Shown: positions 1 to 10,788 of the stretch, in pieces
Position numbering within the stretch: the first letter of the stretch is position 1
Layout of the letters: every line of letters starts with the position of its first letter
From: a virus
IMG/VR virus record: IMGVR_UViG_3300009788_000007
Location: 1-64,000 of that record
Strand: one strand, 5' to 3'
Length of the DNA stretch: 64,000 nt
Notes under the pieces: model-generated
Database searches by the model: none
Told to the model about the DNA's origin: nothing
The model's input: the letters and a program-made list of their open reading frames with translations, nothing else
Made by a program: the position numbers and the translations under genes

Positions 1-12
1 TAATTTTACCCA

Positions 13-2524
13 TTATCTATTCCTTGTTATCCCTGCGTTCATAAATGATATCGTGGCCTCAAGTACTTTAATATGGTTAAGTAAACCCTTCCTATCCATT
101 GTAGATAAATCTGGCTGCACGTATTGGTACGTGTAATTTCTCTTTTGTTTGTACTCAACTATCAAAACCTCATCAGCCTGGGTGCTTTGCTCTACCCCTT
201 TGGGGTGCTGCAACACTAATTTAAATTTATGCTTAGGTGCAAGTTGGTCAACAGTTCTTTCTGTATTATTAAACGGTCCCCCCACCAGCCTTATGTTAGG
301 CATTATTTATTCTCCTTGTACTTATCAATAACTTTTTCAAATGGCGTCCCTGTTTTGTTTACTGATGCCCAGGACCATCTCCAACCCTGCGATTTAATTA
401 TAATTGCAAATTGTGTTGTGGCCTGTAAACCTATTAAAAAATCATTAGCATCTTTTATAGGTGCTAAAAAATCATTACGCCATGTCAACCCTGGGTTACT
501 ATTATTTTTAGGTGTATGGCTACGCGCTCTTAAATAAAATATATAATTTTTGTACTCCACATCAATAGTGTATTTATCATATCTGGTCACTGTTAATTTA
601 GTTCGCATCGTAAAACCTTTCTTCCTCATGTTTTGCGTACCTTTTAAAAAGTTTAATAAGGCACTCCATAATTGTTAAGCGCTCATGCCTATAAAAATAA
701 AGTGTATCATTCAATACATTTAAACTTTCTAAAAGGTACACATCTTTCTTTATTTTTACTGGTACCATTGGTGTTTTTATAACAGGTTCATAGCTTGATG
801 CTTTTTCACGCTTGGGTAAATTAAGCACAGCAATTTTTAAATTTTGCCATGTACCGTCCCAGGTCCCGCCTATTAGTAAAATCATTTTGTAAAACTTTTT
901 ATAAAAGTTACTATCATCCAAGCAAAAGCCCAGCTGCAGCTGCAATAAAAAATACATTCGTTAAGGCTCATTCGTCTTCCTTTTTTAATTCATGTAGCGA
1001 CCATACTAACATCATTAAACTCATACCAGTAAATAACCCTACTAAAAAATATCCTAATTGTTCACCAGTCATTCTAACCTTCCCATAAAGTTTTATCTTC
1101 ATTGTCTTTTGGCCCACATAATATTTTTACCATATTATAAGCGTGTAACTCTTTAGCAATCATAGCTGACTGCGTTAAATAAGATAAAGTTACTAACCTT
1201 AAATACCATGGTGTTTCTTCCTTAAGTTTATCTTTTACCTTTTTCCAAGATTCAATTTCATGGCAAGCAGTTTTATATTTTTCTATTCTTTCCTCTACGG
1301 ACATCATTAAAGTTTTATCAATAATCCTATCTAGCTTGCTCACTACTCAGCCTCCAATATTTCTAAAAGTTTATTCTGGTAAAAATCATCATGCACCCAT
1401 ACAGTTTTTGAAGTTCTAGAAAGGTCCTTGCATAACTTTTTAGGTATCCACATAAGTAATTTTTTACCGTCTACATCAAGCCTAAATAAATAGCTTTTAT
1501 CTGTCATACTTTTTATACTTACGTATTTAATTTTCATAGTGGTAAATGTTGTGTAGTTCCTACTATCACCTTCACCATCTAACATACGGTCAAAACCATC
1601 GTACATATCTGCCATGTCACCCATTACATAACCTCTTCCGTGTAACACTTACAATCTTCATACAATGGTGGTATTTGGCATTTATCTTTAATTACTATAC
1701 CATCTAAGGTATTGCACAATAAACCCTCTAAACTTTGTCTGCAAGGTTGGCAACATCTAAAAATTAAATTACTCATATCCTAAACTCTTCCGTCTCTGTA
1801 AGCTCATTTAGTATTTCTATAATATCGCACATAGCCTGCCCTTTGTTAACAACAGGGGTTACCTTAAACTGCAATTTCATTTATGCATACTGGTCATGCC
1901 CATTTTCGTCTACTGCGTATTTTTTAACCCAGTCATAGATTAAACTTTTAGCATGGTCTTTACTCATATTTTAAAATACCTCCTGCACATTTATAGCCCC
2001 ATGAAATTCTACTGCATCAATAAGCTTTTTTGCGTCATCGATACCTGCAGCTAATAGTGCCTTAAGTACAGGTAAACTATTTTTAGTAAAAGTCATATCA
2101 ATAACTTCTTCACCGCTTAATTTTCGTAAAGCATTTTTTAACTCGATGCTTAACGGGTTTGGGACATACTGCTGTGCTGGCCACCAAGTAAGGGTACTGC
2201 TCATTAGGGTAACTCCTTTAATTGTTTGTCTATACATTCGTTAATAGCTTCAAAATAATTTTTTAGGGTATCTTTATTAATTTCTATAATTTCTTTTGTT
2301 TTACTTATGTCTACATTCTCACATGCTCCTGGTGTGTGCTCCATAGCTAACTTTAAAGATTCAGCTAATAGGAGTGGTACAAAAGTAAACATTAAATTAT
2401 GCTCATCACAAAGTTTAGCTGCGTGCATAACTAAATCTTTACTTACTTTTTCACATTCATCATACGAGCTATTTTTATTTTCTTCATACTCGTCCATAAT
2501 ATCTTTAAAATTTTTCCTACCCAT
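13..2524 (-). CDS. Run of small hypothetical phage genes (13-303, 303-629, 598-957, 1074-1343, 1343-1648, 1971-2237, 2204-2524)
   Basis: Tightly packed or abutting minus-strand ORFs with natural protein composition; no recognisable motifs. Confidence 0.6.
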
Positions 2525-2891
2525 TATTTACACTCCATTTTTAAAACATCTTTTATATAAAAACTGCCAATCCCTAAACTATCCAACATCGTAGCTATCT
2601 AACTCGTATCTATCATACGTGTGTAGACTACCCTTAAGAATTTTTAATTCTATTAAGGCTTTTTCTTTATCTACATACACACCACATATATCTGAATAGC
2701 CGTAGTCTACTACAGCTGTAATAATCCAAACATTTTTCATGACAGATACTCAACAATTTCTTTTTTAAACTCTTCAGTACCTAAGTGCGCTATCCAAATT
2801 TGAGCCCATAACCAACTTTCATTTCTAGACAATCCATTATTTAAAAAATATATTTGTAACTTTATTTGGCAAGCCATTCCTACTAAGTCCA

Positions 2892-3485
2892 TTATTTACC
2901 ACACCCCATTTCTAAATGTTCACGTATATAGTAGCTGCCGATCCCCACAGCGTCTGCTTCATCTGCACGCTTACTGTCAAGTGTTAATCCCCACAGTCTA
3001 TTCATACGTTTCTGTGTAAGCTCTTTACTTAGCTGGCCCTTCCAAACGCCCACAGGCGCATAGTATACCTGCGATACATCATCCTCAATTAAAAACATCT
3101 CCCTAAGTGCAAAACATAGGCTAGTTAATTTTGTAATATCCCCTGCATTGTTAGCCTGGGCACCGTAAGGTAATTCAATAACTACAGTAGTGTCATCACA
3201 TTGTTGGGTCCACGCACACCACGCTTCATAAACTTTACCAGTCATATAATCAATACGCAGTACCCAATCATTAGCGTCATGTATGCCTTTATTAGCTAAT
3301 ACAGGGTTAGGTAAGCCACTTCTATTCAGCAAATAAAATTTAAAGTCCTTAGTAGTGTCTGCAGCTTTAAATTGCCCACTTTTAAAAAGGCTTACTTTAG
3401 GTTTTTTATCTTTTTGTTTTTTAATTTTAAAAAGTGCCCAGCCTAAACTGCGTAATGATGGATCAATAGCTAAAATATATTTCAT
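2892..3485 (-). CDS. RuvC-like Holliday junction resolvase
   Basis: N-terminal ILAIDPSLRSLGWA, central VVIELP and C-terminal DEADAVGIG match the RuvC catalytic D/E/D-D pattern. Confidence 0.85.
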   Translation of the reverse strand: MKYILAIDPSLRSLGWALFKIKKQKDKKPKVSLFKSGQFKAADTTKDFKFYLLNRSGLPNPVLANKGIHDANDWVLRIDYMTGKVYEAWCAWTQQCDDTTVVIELPYGAQANNAGDITKLTSLCFALREMFLIEDDVSQVYYAPVGVWKGQLSKELTQKRMNRLWGLTLDSKRADEADAVGIGSYYIREHLEMGCGK

Positions 3486-3718
3486 TCTAGGTTTTCCTTT
3501 TTACTAATCTCCTGTAAAACTTTCATAACCATATTACTCGCTAATGCCCCAATTAGCTGAGTATGGTAACCATCGTCATGTGTCATCTTATTCATCCTAT
3601 CAATTAAATCCATAAGCTCACCATAGGGCATTTCTTTAAAAGTCTTTTTTGCCACTTCCCATTCTTGGTCAGTACGCATTTGCATTTTTAAAAGTTCGGT
3701 TTTACTAATATTAGGCAT
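3482..3718 (-). CDS. hypothetical protein
   Basis: ORF overlapping the start of the RuvC-like gene by 4 nt. Confidence 0.6.
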   Translation of the reverse strand: MPNISKTELLKMQMRTDQEWEVAKKTFKEMPYGELMDLIDRMNKMTHDDGYHTQLIGALASNMVMKVLQEISKKENLE

Positions 3719-3908
3719 ATTATTTTTTCTTCTTAGTTGTTTACTTTATGTGGGAGTATGCGCCATTTTTCTGAGCTATGCTTAATAGCTCGTCCTAAAC
3801 CACGTCGATATTTTGAAGCTTCGTTTTGTGAAGGCTCAACACCTGCTTTTCTACAGGCATCTAAAAATGGTTTGTACTCTTTTGAAAATTTAGCAATTGT
3901 CATCTTAC

Positions 3909-4106
3909 TCATTTTTTCTTAGCCTTTTCTTTTTTAAATTTCAAAACATCTGCACGTATTAAATACTTAATATTACAACCAGTTATAACGTAAGTTTTTA
4001 AAGCTTTAGTTGTAATATACCAGTGTACATTGCTGCGTGCCTCCTGCAGTATTTTAGCTGCACCTGTTACAGTTATGTATCCTGGTATTAATTTACTCTT
4101 TGGCAT
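3909..4106 (-). CDS. small HTH DNA-binding protein (excisionase/HTH_17-like)
   Basis: YITVTGAAKIL...SNVHWYITTKAL...YLIRADVLKF pattern typical of MerR/Xis-like winged HTH. Confidence 0.6.
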   Translation of the reverse strand: MPKSKLIPGYITVTGAAKILQEARSNVHWYITTKALKTYVITGCNIKYLIRADVLKFKKEKAKKK

Positions 4107-4555
4107 TGTTGGCCCTTTCTTTTCTAAGTCTAGTCATTTGTTTATTAATGCTTTTTTGTGCTTGCTTACTTTGTACCATATAATTTACTATTTTAAATTC
4201 AGCTTCTTTATAACTAAGGCTATACCCACTAAAAGTAATATTCTTTGCCTTTTTTCTGTTTTCTAAAATTCTCATACTACCTGCCCAATACCCTGCTGCA
4301 TCTATCAGGTGGTCGATTGCCTCACTGTCTGCATAATATATAGTCGCGGCCTGTCTGTGTAAGTGCCAACCTTTACTTTTTTTTTACGCCTTATCTGCCT
4401 GCCACTATCTAAAGTAACAATAACAAATACGTGGTTTTTATGTACATCGGTATGCATAGGTGTGTCACTCTCTTTTAAGCTTCTCTATATTGATAATTGT
4501 ATGTCTAAACAGCCAATCTGTCTAGCCCTTGTTTTTTGCCGTATTACTGGCTTTA

Positions 4556-5508
4556 TTAGCCATAAACTGACTTACCAAACAAGCAGGTCTGTATAAACAC
4601 ATCTGCTGTTTCACCGTCATCATTTTCTGCTAACATATCTGCAAAATGTTTAGGTTCATTTTTTGCGAATTGTTTTAAACCTAGAATTACTCTATCATAA
4701 TTAATTTGGTGATCAGTATATTTATTTGTGTCTTCATCATGTTCAGTAACTGTTGCATCAGTAATTTTAAGCTCTGCCATCGTATAGGGGCCTTCCCAAT
4801 TCCTGCACCAATAACCTATGGCCTGTTCTACACCATTAATAAGTAAGTTATCAATGTCACTTATTTTAATTTCAATTTCTATTTTTACGTTTGCCATTTT
4901 AAGTACCTTTCTTTTTCTTAGTTAGTTTTTTAATTTTATGATAGTTTTTTTTTTATTATTAAAACCATACCTCCCCTGTTTCCCAAGCTTCAATAATTTG
5001 TTTAAAAGATTTTATTAATGTCTTTTCACCTGTGTCGTAATAATCCATAGATAGAATACCTTCAGTACCTAATAAGTATATACGCTCTTGCTGACAATCT
5101 AAATCAGTTACGACGAGATAATCAGGCCCTAAATAGCTAAACTTAGCAAATTTTAATTTATTGCCATTAGGCGCTGTTACTTTTTTTAATGTTTTCATAT
5201 TAATCTGTCTCTTTTTCTGAAAATTTTTCCCATCCATCCACATATTTCATTTGTTCAGGTTTTATACCTGTACAATCTTCAATAATTTTATAGGCTTTTT
5301 TATCGTTCCATTTATAAATAGTGTACGAAAACCAATTGTTCCCATTTTCATCTGGTTTGTTATACATACCAGCACTATTGAGTGTGAATATATAATTTCT
5401 AAAAGTTAAATTAAATAACTCAGTAAGTTCTTTTTTCTTACCAAAAAACTTAAATTTTAATTTCATGTCACTCTCAATTTTTTCAATTCTCATATTCAGC
5501 CCTTTCAA
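4556..5508 (-). CDS. three hypothetical early proteins (4556-4897, 4959-5243, 5200-5508)
   Basis: Directly downstream of the boxed promoter at about 5520-5555; GAAAGG-type RBSs upstream. Confidence 0.65.
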
Positions 5509-5521
5509 TTAAGCTATCTAT

Positions 5522-5553
5522 ATATTAATCAATAACTGTATACGTGTCCAGTA
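5522..5553 (-). promoter_or_regulatory. sigma70-like promoter overlapped by LexA-type box (5536-5551)
   Basis: Minus strand TGGACA-17 nt-TAATAT; palindrome CTGGACACGTATACAG (CTG-N10-CAG). Confidence 0.7.
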
Positions 5554-5585
5554 GATTTTTAAAGTTTTTTAAAATTAGGATAATC

Positions 5586-6050
5586 TAAATATAAATATAG
5601 TTGTCGTAATTGTTGTAATGTGGATTTCAGCCCCGCCTACACCCAATCTGAATCAAAAGTTTTTACAGTTTCTTATTATACGAAAATCTCAACTTTCTTT
5701 TCAAATCCTCTCTATAGTCTCTATTATTATTATTACATATTATTATTATTATTATATATATTATTATATATATATTATATATATATATGTATTTTTAGTC
5801 TAAAAAGGGGGTTTTTACTAGTTAAAGGGTATAAATATAAATATAAATAGAGTTGTCATAATTGTCAGTATTCTAGCAAATTTTGATTTACCTAGTATTT
5901 TGCAACTTTTTTACAGAAAATAGGCCAAATATAGATATAATAAGAATTGTTGTCGTAATTATTTGTAATCGAAAAAACTCTCAATGTGCGGTATAATTTG
6001 TGGTGCCAACCAATAGTGGATTTAACTTTACAATTACAACTACAACTATT
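5586..6050. repeat. putative replication origin: AT/TA microsatellite core flanked by GTTGTCRTAATT repeats
   Basis: Near-pure A/T tract at about 5720-5795; GTTGTC(G/A)TAATT at 5600, 5852 and 5949, with a related inverted copy at 6028-6050; lies at the switch in coding strand. Confidence 0.5.
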
Positions 6051-6072
6051 ATATGTATATTTATATCTATTA

Positions 6073-6101
6073 TTGCCAAAACACATGCAATTTTGTATGC
6101 T
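6073..6101 (+). promoter_or_regulatory. sigma70-like promoter of the rightward arm
   Basis: TTGCCA-17-TATGCT upstream of the AAGGA RBS and ATG at 6136. Confidence 0.5.
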
Positions 6102-6135
6102 ATTACTTAACCAAAATTGAAAGGAAACTAACAAA

Positions 6136-6948
6136 ATGAGTGAAGTAATTAAGTTTGAGGATGTTGAAGTGGAGCTATTTAGAGAGCATATAATGGTAAC
6201 TATTAAAGACACAGATTTTTTAGCAGAGTTAAGTAAAGAAGAGTTTTTAACCCTGTACGAAAAATTCATAAAGCCTGAAGTACCCGAAGTAATACCCGGC
6301 CAACACCTGCAAAAAATTATAGAGGATTTAGAGTATTACAAAGGCCCTGGGGATGTTATATGCAAAAGCGCCATTAGAATTATTAAAAAACTTGCAGTAG
6401 ACAATCAAGCATTAAATAATCAAATTGAAATTAATGGGTCTGTAGCGGCAGGCCCCAGGGGCGCACACCCTAGCCCATCCATAGCTGCATCAAAACACAG
6501 AGGAGAAATGCCATTTCAAATACTAAAAAGCACACGTATAGTACAGGTATCAGAAAAAGGTGTATCATTTGACCACATAAGGGATACAGTACACTTAACA
6601 CTTGATGAGCTTGTAGAAATGCAAAGAATTTACAGTAATCACCATAATGTCACGCTGTCACCTAAACCCAAAGAAGATAAATTTTACAGTGATACCCATG
6701 GCCGTTGGTTTAATTCCCAAACTGAAGAATTAATTTTTGGATTAGGGCTACAACAGCAGCAAATGAAAGACGCCCAAGCAAAAGCCAACAAAATAAAAGG
6801 GGAATACACAAATAACCTACAGCGCCTGGGAGAAGGTTTAGAAGCATTACTAAGTGTAGCAACAAAATTTGTGCCAGAGCTTAAAAGCATCATGGATGAG
6901 ACCCAATTAATGGAGGAAGATACAAAAAATAACTTTCACGGTGGGTAA
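6136..6948 (+). CDS. hypothetical protein (C-terminal coiled coil)
   Basis: 270-aa ORF with AAGGA RBS. Confidence 0.75.
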   Translation: MSEVIKFEDVEVELFREHIMVTIKDTDFLAELSKEEFLTLYEKFIKPEVPEVIPGQHLQKIIEDLEYYKGPGDVICKSAIRIIKKLAVDNQALNNQIEINGSVAAGPRGAHPSPSIAASKHRGEMPFQILKSTRIVQVSEKGVSFDHIRDTVHLTLDELVEMQRIYSNHHNVTLSPKPKEDKFYSDTHGRWFNSQTEELIFGLGLQQQQMKDAQAKANKIKGEYTNNLQRLGEGLEALLSVATKFVPELKSIMDETQLMEEDTKNNFHGG

Positions 6949-7054
6949 TTATATACACACTTTGTAATTATAGTGTCACAGAAAAATGGGTTTACCCATG
7001 GGTGGCGCTACAAACGTTAATTATGATAGGATATATAAAGGGAGAAAATAAAAC

Positions 7055-7603
7055 ATGTTTATTGAGTTACAAGAAAAAGACACGGAAGAGCTACAACTTA
7101 TTAATATCAAGCACATTGTTAGCATAGAACCAATAACACATTATTTACAAAAAATACATTTTAATAACGATGACCAAACTACTTATTTAGTTAAGTACAA
7201 AGACCTAAAAGAAAAACTGCAAAAACTAACTGAACCAACTTTTTTTATCCATGCCCCAGGTGAGAGCCCATTTGATGCCAAAGCCGCACAAAATAAAGAG
7301 CTAGTGGCCGAGTGCGCTATCATGGTAGACACATTAACTACAATGTACCCAGGGGCTTTAGGTGATAGCTACACATATGAACACCTTGTAAATCTAGGGC
7401 ATAGATTGAACGGTAATGAGGTACCTCTAAAAGAAGAGCCCCTAAAAGAAGAGCCCCCTGAACCTATTATGGCAAAATTTGATTGCCACCACTGCGGGGT
7501 GTACGGGGTTAATGTGCCCTTATATGAATGGGAAGACTTAAACATAGAGCATGAAGACTGCCCAGAAAAACCAGACGAAAATCCAGACGAAAAACCAGAA
7601 TAG
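7055..7603 (+). CDS. hypothetical protein
   Basis: 182-aa ORF with GGGAG RBS; CxxC and short duplications (LKEEP x2, PDE(N/K)P x2). Confidence 0.75.
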   Translation: MFIELQEKDTEELQLINIKHIVSIEPITHYLQKIHFNNDDQTTYLVKYKDLKEKLQKLTEPTFFIHAPGESPFDAKAAQNKELVAECAIMVDTLTTMYPGALGDSYTYEHLVNLGHRLNGNEVPLKEEPLKEEPPEPIMAKFDCHHCGVYGVNVPLYEWEDLNIEHEDCPEKPDENPDEKPE

Positions 7604-7606
7604 TCT

Positions 7607-7712
7607 AGTACCAAGGGGTTTGCTGCTCATAGCAGCTTTTTAGTGTCCCATCACTACCCCTTGGTACTTTTTATTATTTTACATTACTTTAGGGCTACTA
7701 ATGGCCCTTTTA
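7607..7712 (+). terminator. branched hairpin plus rho-independent terminator
   Basis: AGTACCAAGGGGT...ACCCCTTGGTACT followed by TTTT; then AGGGC...GCCCT followed by TTT. Confidence 0.6.
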
Positions 7713-7800
7713 TATTTGCTTGTTGACTTTTACACATTACAACACTATTATACTTATCTTTAAGCAGCTAACTAAAAAATCAACTGTAACTATTTAGAGC

Positions 7801-8598
7801 ATGGAGAAACTGGCAATGGATAACGAAGACATAGTAAAAGAACTAAAAGAAGACACCACTGTAACAAAAAGTGACACCCCTTTAAGTATCGAAGATCACA
7901 TAACACACGACCCCACAAAATTAGAACAATTTTTAAAATTGTTGCCTTGTGAGTGGGTCAAAGCACTAGTTACAGGCGTAGATGAGCACAAACTCCTGCT
8001 TAATGATAAGAGTATATTATTTGTAAACCACATTGAAGATGTATCCCAGGACGCACAAAATAGAATATGGATTAAATTTACTTTACCCCGCAGGCGTGGC
8101 TGGTACCCCAACACTCCAGACACCCCCAGAGTACTTAATGACCAAATACCAAATAAGACCATGGCTATACCCAGCGAGTTCATAGCCGCAGTGATGCCCT
8201 TTAGTTGCAAACATGACGGCTACCTGCACCGCGACACCTGCGGCGATTGTGACATGCCTGTGGACGATATAATGCGCATAGCTAACGAAGGCTTCGTGAC
8301 CTCAAAGCGTTTCATTGATGATGACCCCAGCATTAAATATGCAAATTATGGTAACCGTAAAACACTCAAATTAGACATGCCTGTACCCAAGTACGCTGCA
8401 GGGGACACCCCTATAATTGAGGGTACTGAGTATTTAATTACAGACATAACTTATGAACTTACATACAAATTAGCTTACCCCAACGACCCCGACACCTGCA
8501 TAGCCGCTGTAACAGAAGAGATTTTACTAGCCCATCAACCTAGTTTAAATAACACAGAACCCACACCTGAACAAGAGGAAGGTAAAGATGAAAAGTAA
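7801..8598 (+). CDS. hypothetical protein
   Basis: 265-aa ORF preceded by a TTGACT...TATTAT promoter-like element at about 7722-7750. Confidence 0.75.
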   Translation: MEKLAMDNEDIVKELKEDTTVTKSDTPLSIEDHITHDPTKLEQFLKLLPCEWVKALVTGVDEHKLLLNDKSILFVNHIEDVSQDAQNRIWIKFTLPRRRGWYPNTPDTPRVLNDQIPNKTMAIPSEFIAAVMPFSCKHDGYLHRDTCGDCDMPVDDIMRIANEGFVTSKRFIDDDPSIKYANYGNRKTLKLDMPVPKYAAGDTPIIEGTEYLITDITYELTYKLAYPNDPDTCIAAVTEEILLAHQPSLNNTEPTPEQEEGKDEK

Positions 8599-9199
8599 GG
8601 TGCTGGCACTAATAGACGGAATTGATATTGACATAGCTTTTAAAAATTCCTATGAAGCGTTCCACAAACCATGCGTAAAGTACATAAATTTAGTACGTAC
8701 TCAAAATTACACTGCTAAAATTTATGTTTTTGATAATGTTGAACTTAACGAACAAGGCTATTTAGTTAACCCACATAATCACGCATATAATTTTACAACA
8801 CATATATTAGTTGGGGGTGTGCGAAATGTTATCTTTGAAGTACAACCATATACATTAGGTGACTGGCAATTGTGTGAGTACAGCACCCCACTAAATGGGG
8901 GTGATGGAAGCGAGATAGTCACTAGGTGCAATTTAAAAGAAAAAAGTAATTATGACTACAACACATCAGTAGATATTTATAATATGGACCATAGACAAGT
9001 GCATACTATAATTCCTCGTACTGACAGAACTACAATACTATTTTTAGAGCAGTACAGAGACATAGTAGAAAAAACACATTACTTAAAACCTGAATTTGAC
9101 AACCACCATAATTGTATCCACCAAAAATTTAAAAATATTGCAGAATTTACTGAATGTTTAAAAACTATAAGAAGTTTAATAGTAGATGGTGATAACTAA
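8588..9199 (+). CDS. cupin-fold (double-stranded beta-helix) protein
   Basis: PHNHAYNFTTHILVG and DHRQVHTI give the HxH...H metal-binding pattern of cupins. Confidence 0.55.
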   Translation: MKSKVLALIDGIDIDIAFKNSYEAFHKPCVKYINLVRTQNYTAKIYVFDNVELNEQGYLVNPHNHAYNFTTHILVGGVRNVIFEVQPYTLGDWQLCEYSTPLNGGDGSEIVTRCNLKEKSNYDYNTSVDIYNMDHRQVHTIIPRTDRTTILFLEQYRDIVEKTHYLKPEFDNHHNCIHQKFKNIAEFTECLKTIRSLIVDGDN

Positions 9200-9573
9200 T
9201 GCCTGACCCTGACAACACCATACACATAATAAACAAATGGGTGCGCCTTGCTGATGTGTACCCCTGTGATATGTCGAACCCCCCAGGTACCTGCATAAAT
9301 AAAAAAATAAAAACAGGGCATAAGGTAAGGTACCTAAAATCTTGGGTAGTGGTGGAAGACCCAGATACAGGCGTGGCTGCCCCCAGGGTACTAGCACAAA
9401 ACCACCTGTGTAAATTCTGCTGGCAAAAACATAAAGCACTAATTTTAAAGCACCACAAGTTAGCAGCAAAACAAATACTACAGCAAGAGCATATGGCAGA
9501 CCTATTTGACAAAACAGTTGAGGCAACCCCTACAGGTAAAACAATGCCTGTTAAAAAAGAGAGTAGTGAATGA
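9199..9573 (+). CDS. hypothetical Cys/His-rich protein
   Basis: Coupled ORF; C...C and HLCKFC motifs. Confidence 0.6.
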   Translation: MPDPDNTIHIINKWVRLADVYPCDMSNPPGTCINKKIKTGHKVRYLKSWVVVEDPDTGVAAPRVLAQNHLCKFCWQKHKALILKHHKLAAKQILQQEHMADLFDKTVEATPTGKTMPVKKESSE

Positions 9574-9749
9574 TGGATATAAGCCGTATGCAGGATTTAA
9601 AATATGATCTAACTAAAGAAATAGCCAAAAAAATAAATGACTTCTGTTTAGAGACAGAATTAGAAGTAGATGGTATTGAGCTAACACCTGCACGTAGTAT
9701 AGGAAATCCTATAAGATACATAGTTAATATTGAAGTAAAGTTAAAGTAA
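9570..9749 (+). CDS. small hypothetical protein (59 aa, not in ORF track)
   Basis: ATGA overlap with the previous stop; fills the gap up to the AGGAGG RBS of the next gene. Confidence 0.55.
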   Translation: MMDISRMQDLKYDLTKEIAKKINDFCLETELEVDGIELTPARSIGNPIRYIVNIEVKLK

Positions 9750-9755
9750 GGAGGT

Positions 9756-10355
9756 ATGAGCGTGGGTAGGAAAAAACTAGTACCCAAAGGTAAATTTACT
9801 GTAGCATACCGTAAAGCGAAGAGCGCCCCAGAGCTTGCTGAAAAATTAGGTATAGCCATACCCACTGTGTATAAATTTATAACTAGGTACAACTTAAAAA
9901 ATTATGCAAGGGAACGAAAATTAATAACAGATAAAGAAATACTAGATGTTTTAAAGGAACACACATCGCTAAACCCTGCTGCACGTGAGCTTGATATACC
10001 CCCTACCTCATTAAGGCAGAGGTGTTACCGCTTAGGTATAAGCTTTACTGTAAATAGAAAAGTAAACAATAAAAAACTAGCCTTTAAATTTATTAAAGAG
10101 TACTGGGTTAAAACTGTTATTGACATAGCTAAATCTGCAAAAATGGAACCTAGACAAGTACGCTTTATGATGCAGAAATACAGTATTGATTTTTGTGTAG
10201 AAAACAAAGTGCCCATAATAACAAAGCTAACTGATTTAAAAATAGCAAATGAGATAATGAATAATAAGTCGCTGCGTAAAGACAGAAAAGCACTTGCTGA
10301 AGTAACAGGCCACTCTGTAGATTATATTAAAGAATATTTAAGGGGTGGTAAATGA
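9756..10355 (+). CDS. multi-HTH DNA-binding protein
   Basis: Repeated HTH-like units: ELAEKLGIAIPTVYK, AARELDIPPTSLRQR, IAKSAKMEPRQVR, LAEVTGHSVDYI. Confidence 0.7.
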   Translation: MSVGRKKLVPKGKFTVAYRKAKSAPELAEKLGIAIPTVYKFITRYNLKNYARERKLITDKEILDVLKEHTSLNPAARELDIPPTSLRQRCYRLGISFTVNRKVNNKKLAFKFIKEYWVKTVIDIAKSAKMEPRQVRFMMQKYSIDFCVENKVPIITKLTDLKIANEIMNNKSLRKDRKALAEVTGHSVDYIKEYLRGGK

Positions 10356-10470
10356 CAATAAACAATAAAGATAAGTACGGCGCAAAAGAATGTTTTGCCG
10401 ATATTGTCGAATACCTTTACAGCAGGTCAACCGCTAGTGTTTGGTGGTTTAAACTGTCACAAATAATTAT

Positions 10471-10788
10471 GTGGCTTATAGGATTTTTAACTGGGTTTTT
10501 ATTATGGGGGATCAAATGACAGCAAAAGATAATGAGCTTAGCTATGAAGATCACCAAGCAAGGTTGTATAGAGTGTTATCTGTACCAATTGCAAAAGCCG
10601 TAATTGAGGACCCATTTTTAAACAACTGTTTTAATGTTGCAGTCAGAAACAAACTATCTGCCCATAAAATGTTAAGTTTAATGGTTGAAAAGCTTTATGA
10701 AAAAAGTACCGACCTTGACAAAAGGCTTCTTAAGATAGCTATGAACTCGACTACACCAGCCTGGAACACCCGTCCCAACACTAAATGA
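10471..10788 (+). CDS. hypothetical protein
   Basis: ORF overlapping the helicase start (ATGA). Confidence 0.55.
   Translation: MAYRIFNWVFIMGDQMTAKDNELSYEDHQARLYRVLSVPIAKAVIEDPFLNNCFNVAVRNKLSAHKMLSLMVEKLYEKSTDLDKRLLKIAMNSTTPAWNTRPNTK

Noticed and set aside
5618-5850. ORFs with poly-Tyr/Ile translations
   Set aside because: Artefacts of the TA microsatellite.
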